A DNA stretch of 64,000 nt from an uncultured Actinomycetes bacterium (GCA_963794065.1 CAWCDA010000057.1:13634-77633); one strand, 5' to 3'; positions 48,291-58,363 are shown, numbered from the stretch's first letter. Notes: a model not told the origin generated them from the sequence alone. Numbers and translations are program-made.

Positions 48291-49957
48291 CAGGTCAGCC
48301 CTCCCTGCAGGTGCTCGACGATCGGACCGAGCGCCAGCGCCGGTAGGAACGTCAACGCGCCGATGATCACGATGACGCCGGTCAGCAGCCCGGCGAACAG
48401 TCCGGTGTCGGTGCGCAGCGTGCCCGCCGTGAACGGCACGGTCCGTTCGCGCCCGACGCTCGCGCCGAGGGCGAGGGCCGCCAGGAGCGGGACGAAGCGG
48501 GCCACGAGCATCGCGATCCCGCCGGTGATCGTGTAGAAGGGCGAGCTCGCGGTCAGCCCGGCGAACGCTGAGCCGTTGTTGTTCCCCATCGACAGGTAGC
48601 CGTACAGGATCTCGCTGAACCCCTGGGGCCCCGTGTTGAGCCGACCCGCGAGCCCGGCCGGCAGCACCACCGCCAACGCCGCGAAGGCGAGCACCACCAA
48701 GAACGGCACCAGGATCGCGATCACGACGATCTTCACCTGCCGGGCCGCGATCTTCTTCCCGAGGTATTCGGGGGTGCGGCCCACCATGAGACCACCGATG
48801 AAAACGGCGATGACGACGTAGAAGAGCATCCCGTAGAGGCCGCTGCCGACCCCGCCGAACACGACCTCGCCGATCCCCATGTTGAACATCGGCGCGAGCC
48901 CTCCGAGCGCCTGATAGGAGTCGTGCATCGAGTTCACTGAGCCGTTGGACGCGGCCGTGGTCGCGACCGCCCACAGGGCCGATGCGTCCGTGCCGATGCG
49001 GACCTCCTTGCCCTCGAGGTTCGGGGCGGCGGCCGAGATGCCGGCCGCCTGCATCGCGGGGGTGGCGACCCGCTCGCCCGGCACGGTGATCGCGAGCCCG
49101 GCGATCAGCAGGATCCACATGGCGGCGAACAACACCCAGCCCTGGCGGACGTTGCCGACCCACTTGCCGAACGTGTATGTGAGTCCCGACGCGATCCACA
49201 GGATCGCGAACAGCTCCAGGATGTTCGACAGCGGCGTCGGGTTCTCGAACGGATGCGCCGAGTTCGCGCTGAAGAATCCCCCGCCGTTCGTGCCGAGCTG
49301 CTTGATCGCCAGCTGGCTGGCGACGGGGCCGCGCGCGATCAGCTGGGAGAACCCTTGCAGCCCCGTGACCTGCTGTGACTCGGCGAGCGTCTGCACCACG
49401 CCCTGGCTCATCAGCACGATCGCGAACAGCACCGAGAGCGGTAACAGGAGGTAGAGAACCCCCCGGATCAGATCGCGCCAGAAGTTGCCGACATGGTCCG
49501 TCCCGGTGCGGGTGAACCCGCGGATCAGCGCGACCAGCACGGCGACCCCGACAGCGGCGGACACGAAGTTCTGGAACGTGAGCGCCACCATCTGCGTGAA
49601 GTAGCTCATGGTCGTCTCGCCGCCGTAGGCCTGCCAATTGGTGTTGGTCATGAAGCTGGCGGCCGTGTTGAAGGCGAGATACGGGTTCACGCCCGGGAGT
49701 TGCTCCGGGTTGAGGGGCAGGTGCAGCTGGGTCCGCAGGATCACGAACACGAAGGCCATGCTGACCGCGCTGAACCACAGCAGCGAGCCCGCATACCGGC
49801 CCCACGACTGTTCCGCGTTCGGGTTCACGCCGAGCACCCGATAGCAGAGCCCTTCGAGTCTGCCGACCCGTTCGCGCGAGTAGATCCGGTACATGTACGC
49901 GCCCAGCGGCGGCGTCAGCAGGATCAGCACCAGGAGGAAGACGGCGATCGTCGCCAT
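48290..49957 (-). CDS. kdpA: K+-transporting ATPase subunit A
   Basis: [14 protein letters not shown] starts at 49957 inside ORF 48290..50080. Motifs [17 protein letters not shown] and NNGSAFAG. Confidence 0.95.
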   Translation of the reverse strand: MATIAVFLLVLILLTPPLGAYMYRIYSRERVGRLEGLCYRVLGVNPNAEQSWGRYAGSLLWFSAVSMAFVFVILRTQLHLPLNPEQLPGVNPYLAFNTAASFMTNTNWQAYGGETTMSYFTQMVALTFQNFVSAAVGVAVLVALIRGFTRTGTDHVGNFWRDLIRGVLYLLLPLSVLFAIVLMSQGVVQTLAESQQVTGLQGFSQLIARGPVASQLAIKQLGTNGGGFFSANSAHPFENPTPLSNILELFAILWIASGLTYTFGKWVGNVRQGWVLFAAMWILLIAGLAITVPGERVATPAMQAAGISAAAPNLEGKEVRIGTDASALWAVATTAASNGSVNSMHDSYQALGGLAPMFNMGIGEVVFGGVGSGLYGMLFYVVIAVFIGGLMVGRTPEYLGKKIAARQVKIVVIAILVPFLVVLAFAALAVVLPAGLAGRLNTGPQGFSEILYGYLSMGNNNGSAFAGLTASSPFYTITGGIAMLVARFVPLLAALALGASVGRERTVPFTAGTLRTDTGLFAGLLTGVIVIIGALTFLPALALGPIVEHLQGGLT

Positions 49958-50046
49958 CAGAACCGCTCCGGGTGGATCAAGACGTAGACGAGATACACGA
50001 GCAGGGCGGCGCTGACACCCAGCTCGAGGACATCCGCGATGCTCAT
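49957..50046 (-). CDS. kdpF: K+-transporting ATPase subunit F (29 aa)
   Basis: Below the ORF-track length cutoff. Hand translation gives [29 protein letters not shown]. Its stop overlaps the kdpA ATG (TGATG). Single TM helix, and the HPERF end resembles known KdpF termini. Confidence 0.75.
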   Translation of the reverse strand: MSIADVLELGVSAALLVYLVYVLIHPERF

Positions 50047-50126
50047 ATCCGGTCGAACCAGCGGACGAGCGCGAACGCAAGCGCGAAGAAGCCGACCGTG
50101 ATGGCGATGACCCAGACGTCCCACAT
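50043..50126 (-). CDS. 27-aa hydrophobic micropeptide upstream of kdpF
   Basis: Hand translation gives [33 protein letters not shown] sits 8 nt upstream of the ATG at 50126. Its stop overlaps the kdpF ATG (ATGA). Confidence 0.5.
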   Translation of the reverse strand: MWDVWVIAITVGFFALAFALVRWFDRI

Positions 50127-50173
50127 GGTTCTCACCTCCTGGGACGACCGTAGCCTTCGGACATTGGGCGAAC

Positions 50174-50213
50174 GTGAGGAACCCCGACCCTCGACCTACG
50201 GGTTCCGTAAAGA
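50174..50213 (+). promoter_or_regulatory. candidate response-regulator half-sites in the kdp / HK1 divergent region
   Basis: CGTGAGGA at 50173-50180 and CGTAAAGA at 50206-50213, spaced 33 bp (3 x 11). They flank a GGAACCC-N15-GGGTTCC inverted repeat (50178-50206). Confidence 0.3.
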
Positions 50214-50272
50214 GTGGGCGCGCGGCGTCCCTGCGGTGCAGACGCGAGAACCGGCTTGGCTATCCTTCGACC

Positions 50273-51757
50273 ATGGGCTCCGCCACCACGTTCGAGCTGC
50301 TTCGGTCGCCCGCCGGTATCCGGCGACGGTCGATCGGGTACCTCATCGCGGTCCTCGGGCCGGTGCTGGTCGTCGCGATCATGTTGCCGTGGCGAGATCG
50401 GATCGAGCCGCTGACGATCGGCTTCGCGTTCCTCGTGGTGGTGGTCGTCGCCGCGGCGGTCGGACGGCTCGGCCCCGGCGTCCTCGCCTCGCTCGTCTCA
50501 TTTCTGGCGTTCAACTTCTTCTTCCTGCCGCCCTACGACACGTTCGTGATCGCGCGCGCGGAGCATGTCGTCGCGTTGTTCGTGTTCCTCGGGCTGTCGA
50601 TCCTGATCTCGTTGCTGTACGCGCGGGCGGTCGAGCGCGCGGACGCCGCCGAGGCTAAGGAGCGCGAGTTGCGGACCCTGCAGGAGCTCAGCCGCGACCT
50701 CGTCGTGCGCGGACCGGGAGAGGATGCCTACCGGGAGCTGTTGGCCGACGTGGTCGCGCGTTTCGCGTTCGACGCGGGAGCCTTGTTCGTCACGGATGCA
50801 ACCGCCGGGCTCCAGGAACGGGTCGTCGTGGGGGCGCCGATGGGCGCGATCTCGCCCTCGTGGAACCCCGCCGACCCCGGGCGGGCCCCGGAGCGCCTGC
50901 CGCTGTCGGTCGGGGCGCGCACCCTCGGGTTGATCGTGCTGACCGGCCAGCGTCCTGCACTGGACGGCTCGGAGGTGCGGGTCCTCCGGGCGGTGTGCGA
51001 TCAACTCGCGCTCGTGTTGGAGCGAGATCGGCTGCTGCGGAAGGCCACCGATACGGAGATCCTCAAACAGACGGAGACGGCTCGACGCAACGTGCTGGCG
51101 GCGGTCTCGCACGACCTCCGCAGCCCCCTGGCCGCGATCAAGGCCTCGGTGACGGATCTCCTCGATCCCGAGGTGGTCCGCTCTGACGCGGATCGAGGCG
51201 CGGTCTTGCTCGCGGTGGACCACGAAACGGATCGGCTCGATGCGCTCGTCGCGAACCTCCTGGACATGTCGCGCATCGAGGCGGGCGTGCTCCAGGCCCG
51301 CCCGGAGACGGTCGATCTCGCCGACGCGGTGACCGGGGAGGTGGACGCCGCGTCCGTTCGATGGCCGGCGGTGCGGATCGAGCCGTCGTTCTCGGCAGGC
51401 GACACCACGGCGCGGGCCGATCCGGTGCTCCTGTTGCGCGTGCTTTCCAACTTGCTTGATAACGCCGCCCGGGCGGCGGAGCGTGGCGGCGACGGGCCCG
51501 TGGCGGTCGAGGTCGCGCCGCAGGGCGACCGGGTGGCGGTCCGCGTCGTCGATCACGGCGCCGGCCTCGACGCCGCCGCTCGCAGACAGTTGTTCCTGCC
51601 GTTCGCCCGCCTCGATGAGCGCGAAACGACGCGCGGGCCCGGGCTCGGCCTCGCGATCGCGAAGGGGTTCCTCGATCTGATGGACGGACAGCTGTGGCTG
51701 GAGGACACGCCCGGGGGCGGCGCGACGTTCGTCTTCTCGTTGCCGGTGGCGACATGA
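50273..51757 (+). CDS. KdpD-type sensor histidine kinase lacking the N-terminal KdpD/Usp domains (DUF4118 + linker + HisKA + HATPase_c), paralog 1
   Basis: ATG at 50273 inside ORF 50174..51757. Four TM helices including FLAFNFFFLPPYDTF, an H-box AAVSHDLRSPLAAI, and the G-boxes. Confidence 0.85.
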   Translation: MGSATTFELLRSPAGIRRRSIGYLIAVLGPVLVVAIMLPWRDRIEPLTIGFAFLVVVVVAAAVGRLGPGVLASLVSFLAFNFFFLPPYDTFVIARAEHVVALFVFLGLSILISLLYARAVERADAAEAKERELRTLQELSRDLVVRGPGEDAYRELLADVVARFAFDAGALFVTDATAGLQERVVVGAPMGAISPSWNPADPGRAPERLPLSVGARTLGLIVLTGQRPALDGSEVRVLRAVCDQLALVLERDRLLRKATDTEILKQTETARRNVLAAVSHDLRSPLAAIKASVTDLLDPEVVRSDADRGAVLLAVDHETDRLDALVANLLDMSRIEAGVLQARPETVDLADAVTGEVDAASVRWPAVRIEPSFSAGDTTARADPVLLLRVLSNLLDNAARAAERGGDGPVAVEVAPQGDRVAVRVVDHGAGLDAAARRQLFLPFARLDERETTRGPGLGLAIAKGFLDLMDGQLWLEDTPGGGATFVFSLPVAT

Positions 51758-52446
51758 CGAGGATCCTCGTGGTCGACGACGAGCCGCAGATCCGCCTGGC
51801 GGTCGAACGGTCGTTGCTGGCCCGTGGCTACGATGTGCAGGTGGCCGGCGATGGCGCCGAGGCCCTCGATCTGGCGGCCGCGCGGCTGCCCGATCTCGTC
51901 ATCCTCGACCTCAACATGCCTGTGATGGATGGTCTCGAGTGCTGTCGACGGCTCCGGACGTGGACGGCTGTGCCCATCCTCGTGCTGTCGGTGCGCGAAG
52001 ACGAGCCGGACAAGATCGCGGCGCTCGATCTCGGCGCGGACGACTACCTGACCAAGCCCTTCGGCACCGGCGAGCTGCTGGCGCGCGTTCGCGCGCTGCT
52101 GCGTCGGGGCGAGGGCGCCGGGGCTCGTCCCTCGTTGTACCAACTCGACGGTGTCACGATCGATGTCGCGGCGCACCGCGTGACACGCCGCGACGAGGAC
52201 GTGCATCTCACGCGGACAGAGTGGGGATTGTTGGAGGCCTTCACCGCCCAGTCGGGGAAGCTGCTGACGCACCGATGGCTGCTCGAACAAGTGTGGGGCG
52301 ACACGTACGGCGAGGACGTCGAGGTGCTCCGCGTGTTCGTGAGCCAGCTCCGGCACAAGGTTGAGCCCGATCCGCGACGTCCCCGCGCGATCGTCACGGA
52401 GCCCGGCATCGGATACCGCTGGAACCTCCGCCCCGTCGACGGCTGA
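51754..52446 (+). CDS. kdpE: KdpE-like OmpR-family response regulator, paralog 1
   Basis: ATG at 51754 overlaps the kinase stop (ATGA). Motifs ILVVDDEPQIR, DDYLTKPF and EPGIGYRW. Confidence 0.9.
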   Translation: MTRILVVDDEPQIRLAVERSLLARGYDVQVAGDGAEALDLAAARLPDLVILDLNMPVMDGLECCRRLRTWTAVPILVLSVREDEPDKIAALDLGADDYLTKPFGTGELLARVRALLRRGEGAGARPSLYQLDGVTIDVAAHRVTRRDEDVHLTRTEWGLLEAFTAQSGKLLTHRWLLEQVWGDTYGEDVEVLRVFVSQLRHKVEPDPRRPRAIVTEPGIGYRWNLRPVDG

Positions 52447-52455
52447 GCCGCTCGC

Positions 52456-54877
52456 TCAGACCGCGGCCGGCGCCGCGGGCGTGCGCACGCCGCCCTGCAC
52501 GTAGTACGGGATGTCCGCGACGTCGACGTGCGCGTAGCGCCCCAGCGCCCGCTGGATCTTCCGGCTGGTGCGATCGTGCAGCAGCCGCTGGCGGATCTTC
52601 GGGTAGTCGCGGCGCGGCATCACCGCGGTGACCTCGCTCGTGTCCGAGGCCATCGCAACCACGTAGCGCTCGAGCGCCCGCGGGATGTCGCGGTCCCAGC
52701 ATTCGATCACGTCAAGCGGCACCGGCGCCTGGAGCTCCATCCAGCGCCGCGCGAGTCGCGCCGCGCGATCGGGGTCCGCCGCGGCGTGCACCGCCCGGAT
52801 CGAGGTGGCGCCCAGCTCGAGCCCGTAGGAGAGGGCCTCCAGGGTCGCGCGGTCCAGCTTGTCCACGAGGACAACGACCTCGTGGGTGCCGCGCGTCGTG
52901 AGCCGCACCACCGGTCGGCCCTCCTCGTCTCGCTGGAGAGGGTGGACCCCTTCGGGGTGATCGCGCACGAGGGTGACCCGGACATGCGCGTAGGGGAGCA
53001 GCGCGCGGTGCAGCTTCGCCCCCGCTCGCCGATCCGAGAAGCTCTCCGCCGCCGTCCGCGAGTGCGGCACAGGCAGCAGCACGATGACCTCGCGATCCGC
53101 TCGCTCGTAGGCGGCGAGGAACCCCGCCAGTCTCGCCGCCTCGTCTCCGCCTCCGCGGACGATGCGTAGGGGGATCTCCCCGAGGCCGGCGAGCGCCCAC
53201 GCCTGCGAGAGCGCGCGCGCTCGGTCGGCGTCCTCCTCCAGGTGAACCGCGATCGTGCGCTCGCATCGGATCGTGCGGGCGTACTGCAGGGCGTGCACGG
53301 TTTTGGGATCGAGATCGTCCACCAGCAGGATCGCGATCGGCGCGCGCCCGCTGGGCGGCGAGAAGGCGGCCAGATCGCGCTCCAACTCGACGGTCTCGTG
53401 TTGGTACTGCTTGTTCATCCGTACCAGGAGCCACACGAGCAACGGCACCAGGATCAGGATCGCCCAGGCGCCCTCGGCGAACTTCGTTCGGGCGATGATG
53501 ACCAACACGATCGCCGTCGCCACGGCGCCGGCGCCGTTGATCAACAGGCCCACCCGCCAGCCCTCCTCGCGGAGCCGGATGTGGCGCTTGGCCATCCCCG
53601 CCTGGGACAGCGAGAAGGACGTGAACACCCCGATCGCGTAGAACGGGATCAACTTCGTGACGTCGGCGTGGAACGCGATCACGAGCGCGATCGCCGCCGC
53701 CGACAGCGCGATGATCCCGTTCGAGAACACCAGCCGGTGCCCCCGCGTGGTGAACTGGCGCGGCAGGAAGTCGTCGCCCGCGTGGAAGTTGGCCAGGCGA
53801 GGGAAGTCGGCGTAGGCGGTGTTGGCTGCCAGCACGAGGATCAGCATCGTGGCGATCTGCAGCAGCGCGAATGCCGCGTGGCCGATCGGTCCCGATCCGT
53901 ACACCGCGCGGCCGATGTCCGCGACGACCGTCGATGTGCCCGTGAAGTCCGGCCGGATCTGCAGCTTGGCCGCCAGATAGGAGATCCCGAGGAACATCGT
54001 CGACAGCAGGAGGCCGAGCACGACGAGGGTTTGGCGTGCGTGCTTCCACTCGACGGGCTTGAAGGCGGGCACGCCGTTGGAGATCGCCTCGACCCCGGTC
54101 ATCGCGGTGCTGCCGGACGCGAGGGCGTGCAGCGCGATGAACATCGGCACCCCGGCGAGGAAGCCGAGACCTGCGCCGGTGGCCGTCACCGCCTGTTGCG
54201 GCGCCACGAGCGAGCCGGTGAGCACGCGGAGGCCACCGACGACGAGCAGAGACATGATGCAGGCGATGAACACATAGGTCGGCGCCGAGAAGATCTTGCC
54301 GGACTCGCGCACGCCGCGAAGGTTCCCGAAGGCGATCAGACAGATGAAGGCCACCGCCATCTCGACGCGGAACGGTGCTGGTCGAGGGCACCAGGGCGAT
54401 CACCGCGGCCACGCCGGCGGAGACCGAGACCGCGACGGTCAAGACATAGTCGGTCAGCAGCGCAACGCCCGCCACCTGCGCCGGGATAAGCCCGAAGTTG
54501 TCCTTCGTGACGATGTAGGCCCCGCCGGCGGAGGGATAGGCCTTGATCGTCTGGCGATAGCTGAACACCAGGATCGCCAGCACGCCGACGATCGCGGCCG
54601 ACAGCGGCACGATCAGGGTGAATGCGACGGCGCCGACGCCCGCGATGAACAGCGTCTTGAGCATCTCCTCGGTCGCGTAGGCAACCGAGGACAACGCGTC
54701 GGAGCTGAAGATCGCCAAGGCCGCGACCTTGCCGAGGCGTTCGTGCGCCAGGTTGGCGGTGGGGAGCGCCCGGCCGAGCGCGGCTCGCTTTGCCGCGTAC
54801 CCGAGCCCCCGCGGGAGAGGACCGCGGCCGTTGGGAGCCGCGACGTCGCTCGAGGGAGTATCGACATCGGTACGCAT
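52456..54877 (-). pseudogene. KimA-like APC-superfamily K+ importer with tandem C-terminal cytoplasmic domains, frameshifted
   Basis: The N-terminal 165 aa (MRTDVD...SSDALSSVAYATEEML...YRQTIKAYPSAGGAYIVTKDNFG...AGVAAVIALVP) are in the frame of ORF 52712..54937. The rest (FRVEMAVAFICLIAFGNLRG...TGVEAISNGVPAFK...) is in the frame of ORF 52456..54360. The frame switches by 1 nt at about 54375-54390. Confidence 0.7.
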
Positions 54878-54901
54878 CACACGCGACGCTAGGGCCGGTA
54901 G

Positions 54902-54919
54902 ATAAGGGAACCGTAAGGA
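54902..54919 (+). promoter_or_regulatory. candidate response-regulator half-sites (ATAAGGG / GTAAGGA, 11-bp spacing)
   Basis: Located in the 52-nt divergent region between the KimA-like gene and HK2. The second copy overlaps the AAGGAG Shine-Dalgarno of HK2, so the assignment is ambiguous. Confidence 0.25.
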
Positions 54920-54929
54920 GACGGCTATC

Positions 54930-56345
54930 GTGACCACCGTGGACCATGCCGCCGTGCCGACGACCGAGCGACTAGGTGTCGCCGTACCCGGGTGGCGGGT
55001 GCCGGCGGCCTACGTGATCGCTACGGTCGGGGCCGGTGCGCTGGCGGCCGTCATGCTGCCGATCCGCGACGATCTGACGCACACGATCGAGGCGTTCTTG
55101 TTCTTGGTGCCCGTCGTGGCCGCCTCGTGGCTGGGCGGTGTGTGGCCCGGCGTGGTGGCCGCGATCGTTTCCTCTGCCTTGTTCAACGTCGGCTTCCTGC
55201 CACCGTACGGAACATTCGATCTCGAGCGGCCCGAGTACCTCGGCGCATTCCTGGGATTCCTCGCGCTGTCGCTCGTGATCTCGTGGCTCGTCGGTGTGGC
55301 GCGGGAGCGAGCGAGCGCGGCCGAGGATCGGGAAGCCGAGGTCCGCCTGCTGTTCGACCTCAGTCACGTGCTGGTGTCCGAGCGCGCGGAAGGGCTGACG
55401 CCCGCGCTCGCGCGCGCCGCGGAGCGGCTCGGGTTCGTCATGGCGACGGTGCGGGACCCGGACGACGTTGAACGTGGCGGGCTCGACATCCCTTTGCGGG
55501 TTGGCGAGGCCTCGTTCGGATCACTCGTCTTCGTGGGTACGCGGCCCCCGCTAACGACCGCCGAGACGCGGGTCGTGCGCACCTTCGCCGACGAGGTGGC
55601 CCTTGTCGTGGCGGGCGATCGCCTGACGGCCGAGCTCCGAGAGGCGGAGCTGTATCGCGCCACGGAGGACATGCGCCGCTCCCTGCTTGCCGCCGCCTCG
55701 CACGAGCTGAAGAGCCCGGTGGCGGCCATCACGGCGTCGGTCACGGACGTGCTCGGCCGCGATCACCTCGATCTCGACGTCGTGCGTGAGGTCCTGGAAG
55801 ACGTCCGGGCGTCCACGAGCCGCCTCGAGCAGCTGATCACGAACCTGCTGGATATGTCGCGGATCGAATCGGGCACACTGGTCGCCCGGCGCGAAACGGT
55901 GTACCTCGACGATCTCATCGGGCCCGCCGTCGACGGTGTCCGGGGGCGATGGCCCGGCGTCGATATCAGCGTCGACATCGCCGAGGATGCCGACCGCGTC
56001 CGAGGCGATGCGTTGTTCGTCGAGCGCATCGTCACCAACCTGGTCGAGAACGCGGCTCGAGCGGTCCGCGGTGCCGCGGATAGAAGGATCGAGCTTCGCG
56101 GCTCGCGTGAGGGGGATACGGTCGTGCTCCTCGTGGTCGATCATGGTCCCGGGCTCAACTTCGGCGACCACACGCTGCTGTTCACGCCGTTCTACCGCCT
56201 GCAGGAGGGGTCCCCACGGCTGGGCGCCGGGCTCGGGCTGGCGATCTGCAAGGGCTTCACGCTCGCGATGGACGGAGAGATCTGGGCCACGGACACGCCG
56301 GGGGGCGGCGCGACGTTCGGCGTGCGGATCCCGGCCGCCTCATGA
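54930..56345 (+). CDS. KdpD-type sensor histidine kinase lacking the KdpD/Usp domains, paralog 2
   Basis: ORF 54930..56345. DUF4118-like TM block (ALFNVGFLPPYGTF) and H-box AAASHELKSPVAAI. Confidence 0.85.
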   Translation: MTTVDHAAVPTTERLGVAVPGWRVPAAYVIATVGAGALAAVMLPIRDDLTHTIEAFLFLVPVVAASWLGGVWPGVVAAIVSSALFNVGFLPPYGTFDLERPEYLGAFLGFLALSLVISWLVGVARERASAAEDREAEVRLLFDLSHVLVSERAEGLTPALARAAERLGFVMATVRDPDDVERGGLDIPLRVGEASFGSLVFVGTRPPLTTAETRVVRTFADEVALVVAGDRLTAELREAELYRATEDMRRSLLAAASHELKSPVAAITASVTDVLGRDHLDLDVVREVLEDVRASTSRLEQLITNLLDMSRIESGTLVARRETVYLDDLIGPAVDGVRGRWPGVDISVDIAEDADRVRGDALFVERIVTNLVENAARAVRGAADRRIELRGSREGDTVVLLVVDHGPGLNFGDHTLLFTPFYRLQEGSPRLGAGLGLAICKGFTLAMDGEIWATDTPGGGATFGVRIPAAS

Positions 56346-57034
56346 GCGGCCCGGTGGTGCTGGTCGTCGACGACGAGCCACAGATCCTGCGTGCGGTCGA
56401 GCGCACACTTTCGGCTCGGGGTTTCGTTGTGCACACGGCAAGCGACGGGCGGTCGGCCGTCGGCGCCGTGGCCGATGACCCGCCGGATCTCGTGGTGCTC
56501 GATCTGAACCTGCCGCACCTCGACGGGCTGACGGCGTGCCGGGAGATCCGCCGCTCGAGCCGCGTGCCGATCCTCGTGCTGTCCGTGCGCGACGCGGAGG
56601 AGGACAAGGTCGCGGCGTTGGACCTGGGGGCAGACGACTATCTGACGAAGCCGTTCGGAGCGGCGGAGCTGCTGGCACGCGTCCGCGCGCTGCTGCGCCG
56701 GGCCGCCCCCGGGCCGACGGGAACGCGGTTCGTGGCCGGCGACCTCACCGTCGACGTCTCCGCGCGCGCCGTGACGCGCGGCGGCCTCGACGTGCATCTG
56801 ACGCCGACCGAGTGGCGGTTGCTGGAAGCGCTCGCCGGGGCGCCGGGGGTGCTCCGGACCCACGACTGGCTGCTCGGTCACGTCTGGAGCGAGGGCGGGG
56901 CCCCCGACGTGGAGGCGCTCCGGGTGTTCGTGAGCCAGCTCCGCGCCAAGCTCGAGGCGGATCCGAGACGCCCGCAGGTGATCGCGACCGAGCCCGGCGT
57001 CGGGTACCGCTGGCAGCTCGAGCCGCCCGGCTAG
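56342..57034 (+). CDS. KdpE-like OmpR-family response regulator, paralog 2
   Basis: ORF 56342..57034, with ATGA overlap onto HK2. Motifs VLVVDDEPQILR, DDYLTKPF and EPGVGYRW. Confidence 0.9.
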   Translation: MSGPVVLVVDDEPQILRAVERTLSARGFVVHTASDGRSAVGAVADDPPDLVVLDLNLPHLDGLTACREIRRSSRVPILVLSVRDAEEDKVAALDLGADDYLTKPFGAAELLARVRALLRRAAPGPTGTRFVAGDLTVDVSARAVTRGGLDVHLTPTEWRLLEALAGAPGVLRTHDWLLGHVWSEGGAPDVEALRVFVSQLRAKLEADPRRPQVIATEPGVGYRWQLEPPG

Positions 57035-57035
57035 G

Positions 57036-57701
57036 TCAGTCTCCGACGATCGTTGCGCGCAACGCGTGCTCCGCGCCGGCGCCCGCCAGCGCGACGAGCT
57101 CGTCGCCGGCGCCGAACACTGTCTCCGGCTGCGGGATGACCACGTGGCCGTCCCGCAGGATCGCGACGATCGCGGAGTCTTTCGGCATCCGCAGTTCGTA
57201 GAGCGGCCGACCGGCTGCGGGGGAGTCGGCCTCGAGCTTCATCTCGACGATCGAGATGCGCCCGCCCTCCAGCCGGAGCAGCTGGACCAGGTCGCCGGAC
57301 GTGACAGCCTCCTCCACCATCGAGGTCAGCATGTGCGGGGGAGACACGGCGGTGTCGACGCCCCATTGGTCGGTGAACAGCCACTCGTTCTTCGGGTGGT
57401 TGACGCGTGCGAGCACGCGCGGGACCGCGAACTCTTGCTTGGCGAGCAGCGCCGTCACCAGGTTGTCTTCGTCGTCGCCCGTCGCGGCGACGACCACGTC
57501 GGTGTGCACGAGGTCGGCGTCGTCGAGCACCCAGGGCTCGCAGGCGTCGCCGAGCATGACGCTCACCTCCGGGATCTCCTGACGGAGGTCGTCGACGGTG
57601 GCGCGGTCCTGCTCGATCAGCGTGACCTCGTGGCCGCGGACGACGAGATCGGCCGCAACGTGCCGTCCGATCGCGCCCCCGCCGGTGACCAAGACCTTCA
57701 T
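57036..57701 (-). CDS. trkA: TrkA/RCK K+ transport regulatory subunit (RCK_N + RCK_C)
   Basis: MKVLVTGGGAIGRHVA starts at 57701 inside ORF 57036..58004. The start shares a nucleotide with the upstream trkA stop. Confidence 0.9.
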   Translation of the reverse strand: MKVLVTGGGAIGRHVAADLVVRGHEVTLIEQDRATVDDLRQEIPEVSVMLGDACEPWVLDDADLVHTDVVVAATGDDEDNLVTALLAKQEFAVPRVLARVNHPKNEWLFTDQWGVDTAVSPPHMLTSMVEEAVTSGDLVQLLRLEGGRISIVEMKLEADSPAAGRPLYELRMPKDSAIVAILRDGHVVIPQPETVFGAGDELVALAGAGAEHALRATIVGD

Positions 57702-58363
57702 CAGTGGTGCTCCCCCGCCGCCTCGAGCGAGGCGTCCAACTCGTCCATATAGTCCTTGCCCATCATCACGATCAGGAAGTCTCCCTCCTGCATCGTGGAG
57801 TCGGCGGCGGGCACGAAGCCCTTGCCGCCGCGAGAGATGCCGGCGACCAAGATGTGTCCGTCGACGTTGAGCGAGGAGACCGGCTTGCCCACCAGATGGC
57901 TCGGAACGGGGACGCGCACGCGTAAGAGCTCCCCTCCGCCCAGGCTCTCGCGCACCTCCTTGCCGGTGTGCAGCAACATCAGCTGCACCTGCTTGACCCC
58001 CCACGTCGTCGTTGCGACGGTCGGGATGTTCAGCCGCTCATAGATCTCCGCGCGGCGAGGATCGAAGATGCGCGCGATCACCTTGGGCACGTGATAGTGC
58101 TCGAGCGCGACCCGTGCCGACACGATGTTGGAGTTGTCTCCACTCGAGACCGCGATGAAGGCGTCGGCGTCGCGGATGCCCGCCTCCTCCAACACATCGC
58201 GATCGAAGCCCAGGCCGACGATCCGTCGCGCGTGCTCTCCGGGGGGATAGCGGTCGAACGCGTCCTCGCGCTTGTCGATCACGGTGACGTCGTGGCCGGC
58301 CTCGCCGAGCGCGTGTGACAACTCGGACCCGACACGACCGCATCCCATGATCAAGACCCGCAT
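57701..58363 (-). CDS. trkA: TrkA/RCK K+ transport regulatory subunit (RCK_N + RCK_C)
   Basis: ORF 57701..58363 with MRVLIMGCGRVGSELS (GxGxxG). Confidence 0.9.
   Translation of the reverse strand: MRVLIMGCGRVGSELSHALGEAGHDVTVIDKREDAFDRYPPGEHARRIVGLGFDRDVLEEAGIRDADAFIAVSSGDNSNIVSARVALEHYHVPKVIARIFDPRRAEIYERLNIPTVATTTWGVKQVQLMLLHTGKEVRESLGGGELLRVRVPVPSHLVGKPVSSLNVDGHILVAGISRGGKGFVPAADSTMQEGDFLIVMMGKDYMDELDASLEAAGEHH

Noticed and set aside
46230-49805. 1191-aa ORF suggesting a fused KdpA-KdpB protein
   Set aside because: Only 46230..48290 is KdpB. The upstream 500 codons are an out-of-frame read-through of kdpA, whose true frame is ORF 48290..50080 trimmed to start at 49957.
50178-50206. GGAACCC-N15-GGGTTCC inverted repeat upstream of the kdp operon as a terminator or attenuator
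   Set aside because: It has a 7-bp stem with a 15-nt loop and no U-tract. It could equally be a protein-binding site, and the evidence is too weak to call.
50174-50272. Longer N-terminus for kinase 1 (ORF start at GTG 50174)
   Set aside because: The extra 33 residues are Arg/Pro-rich and overlap the candidate regulatory heptamer. ATG 50273 gives an N-terminus comparable in length to the other two paralogs.
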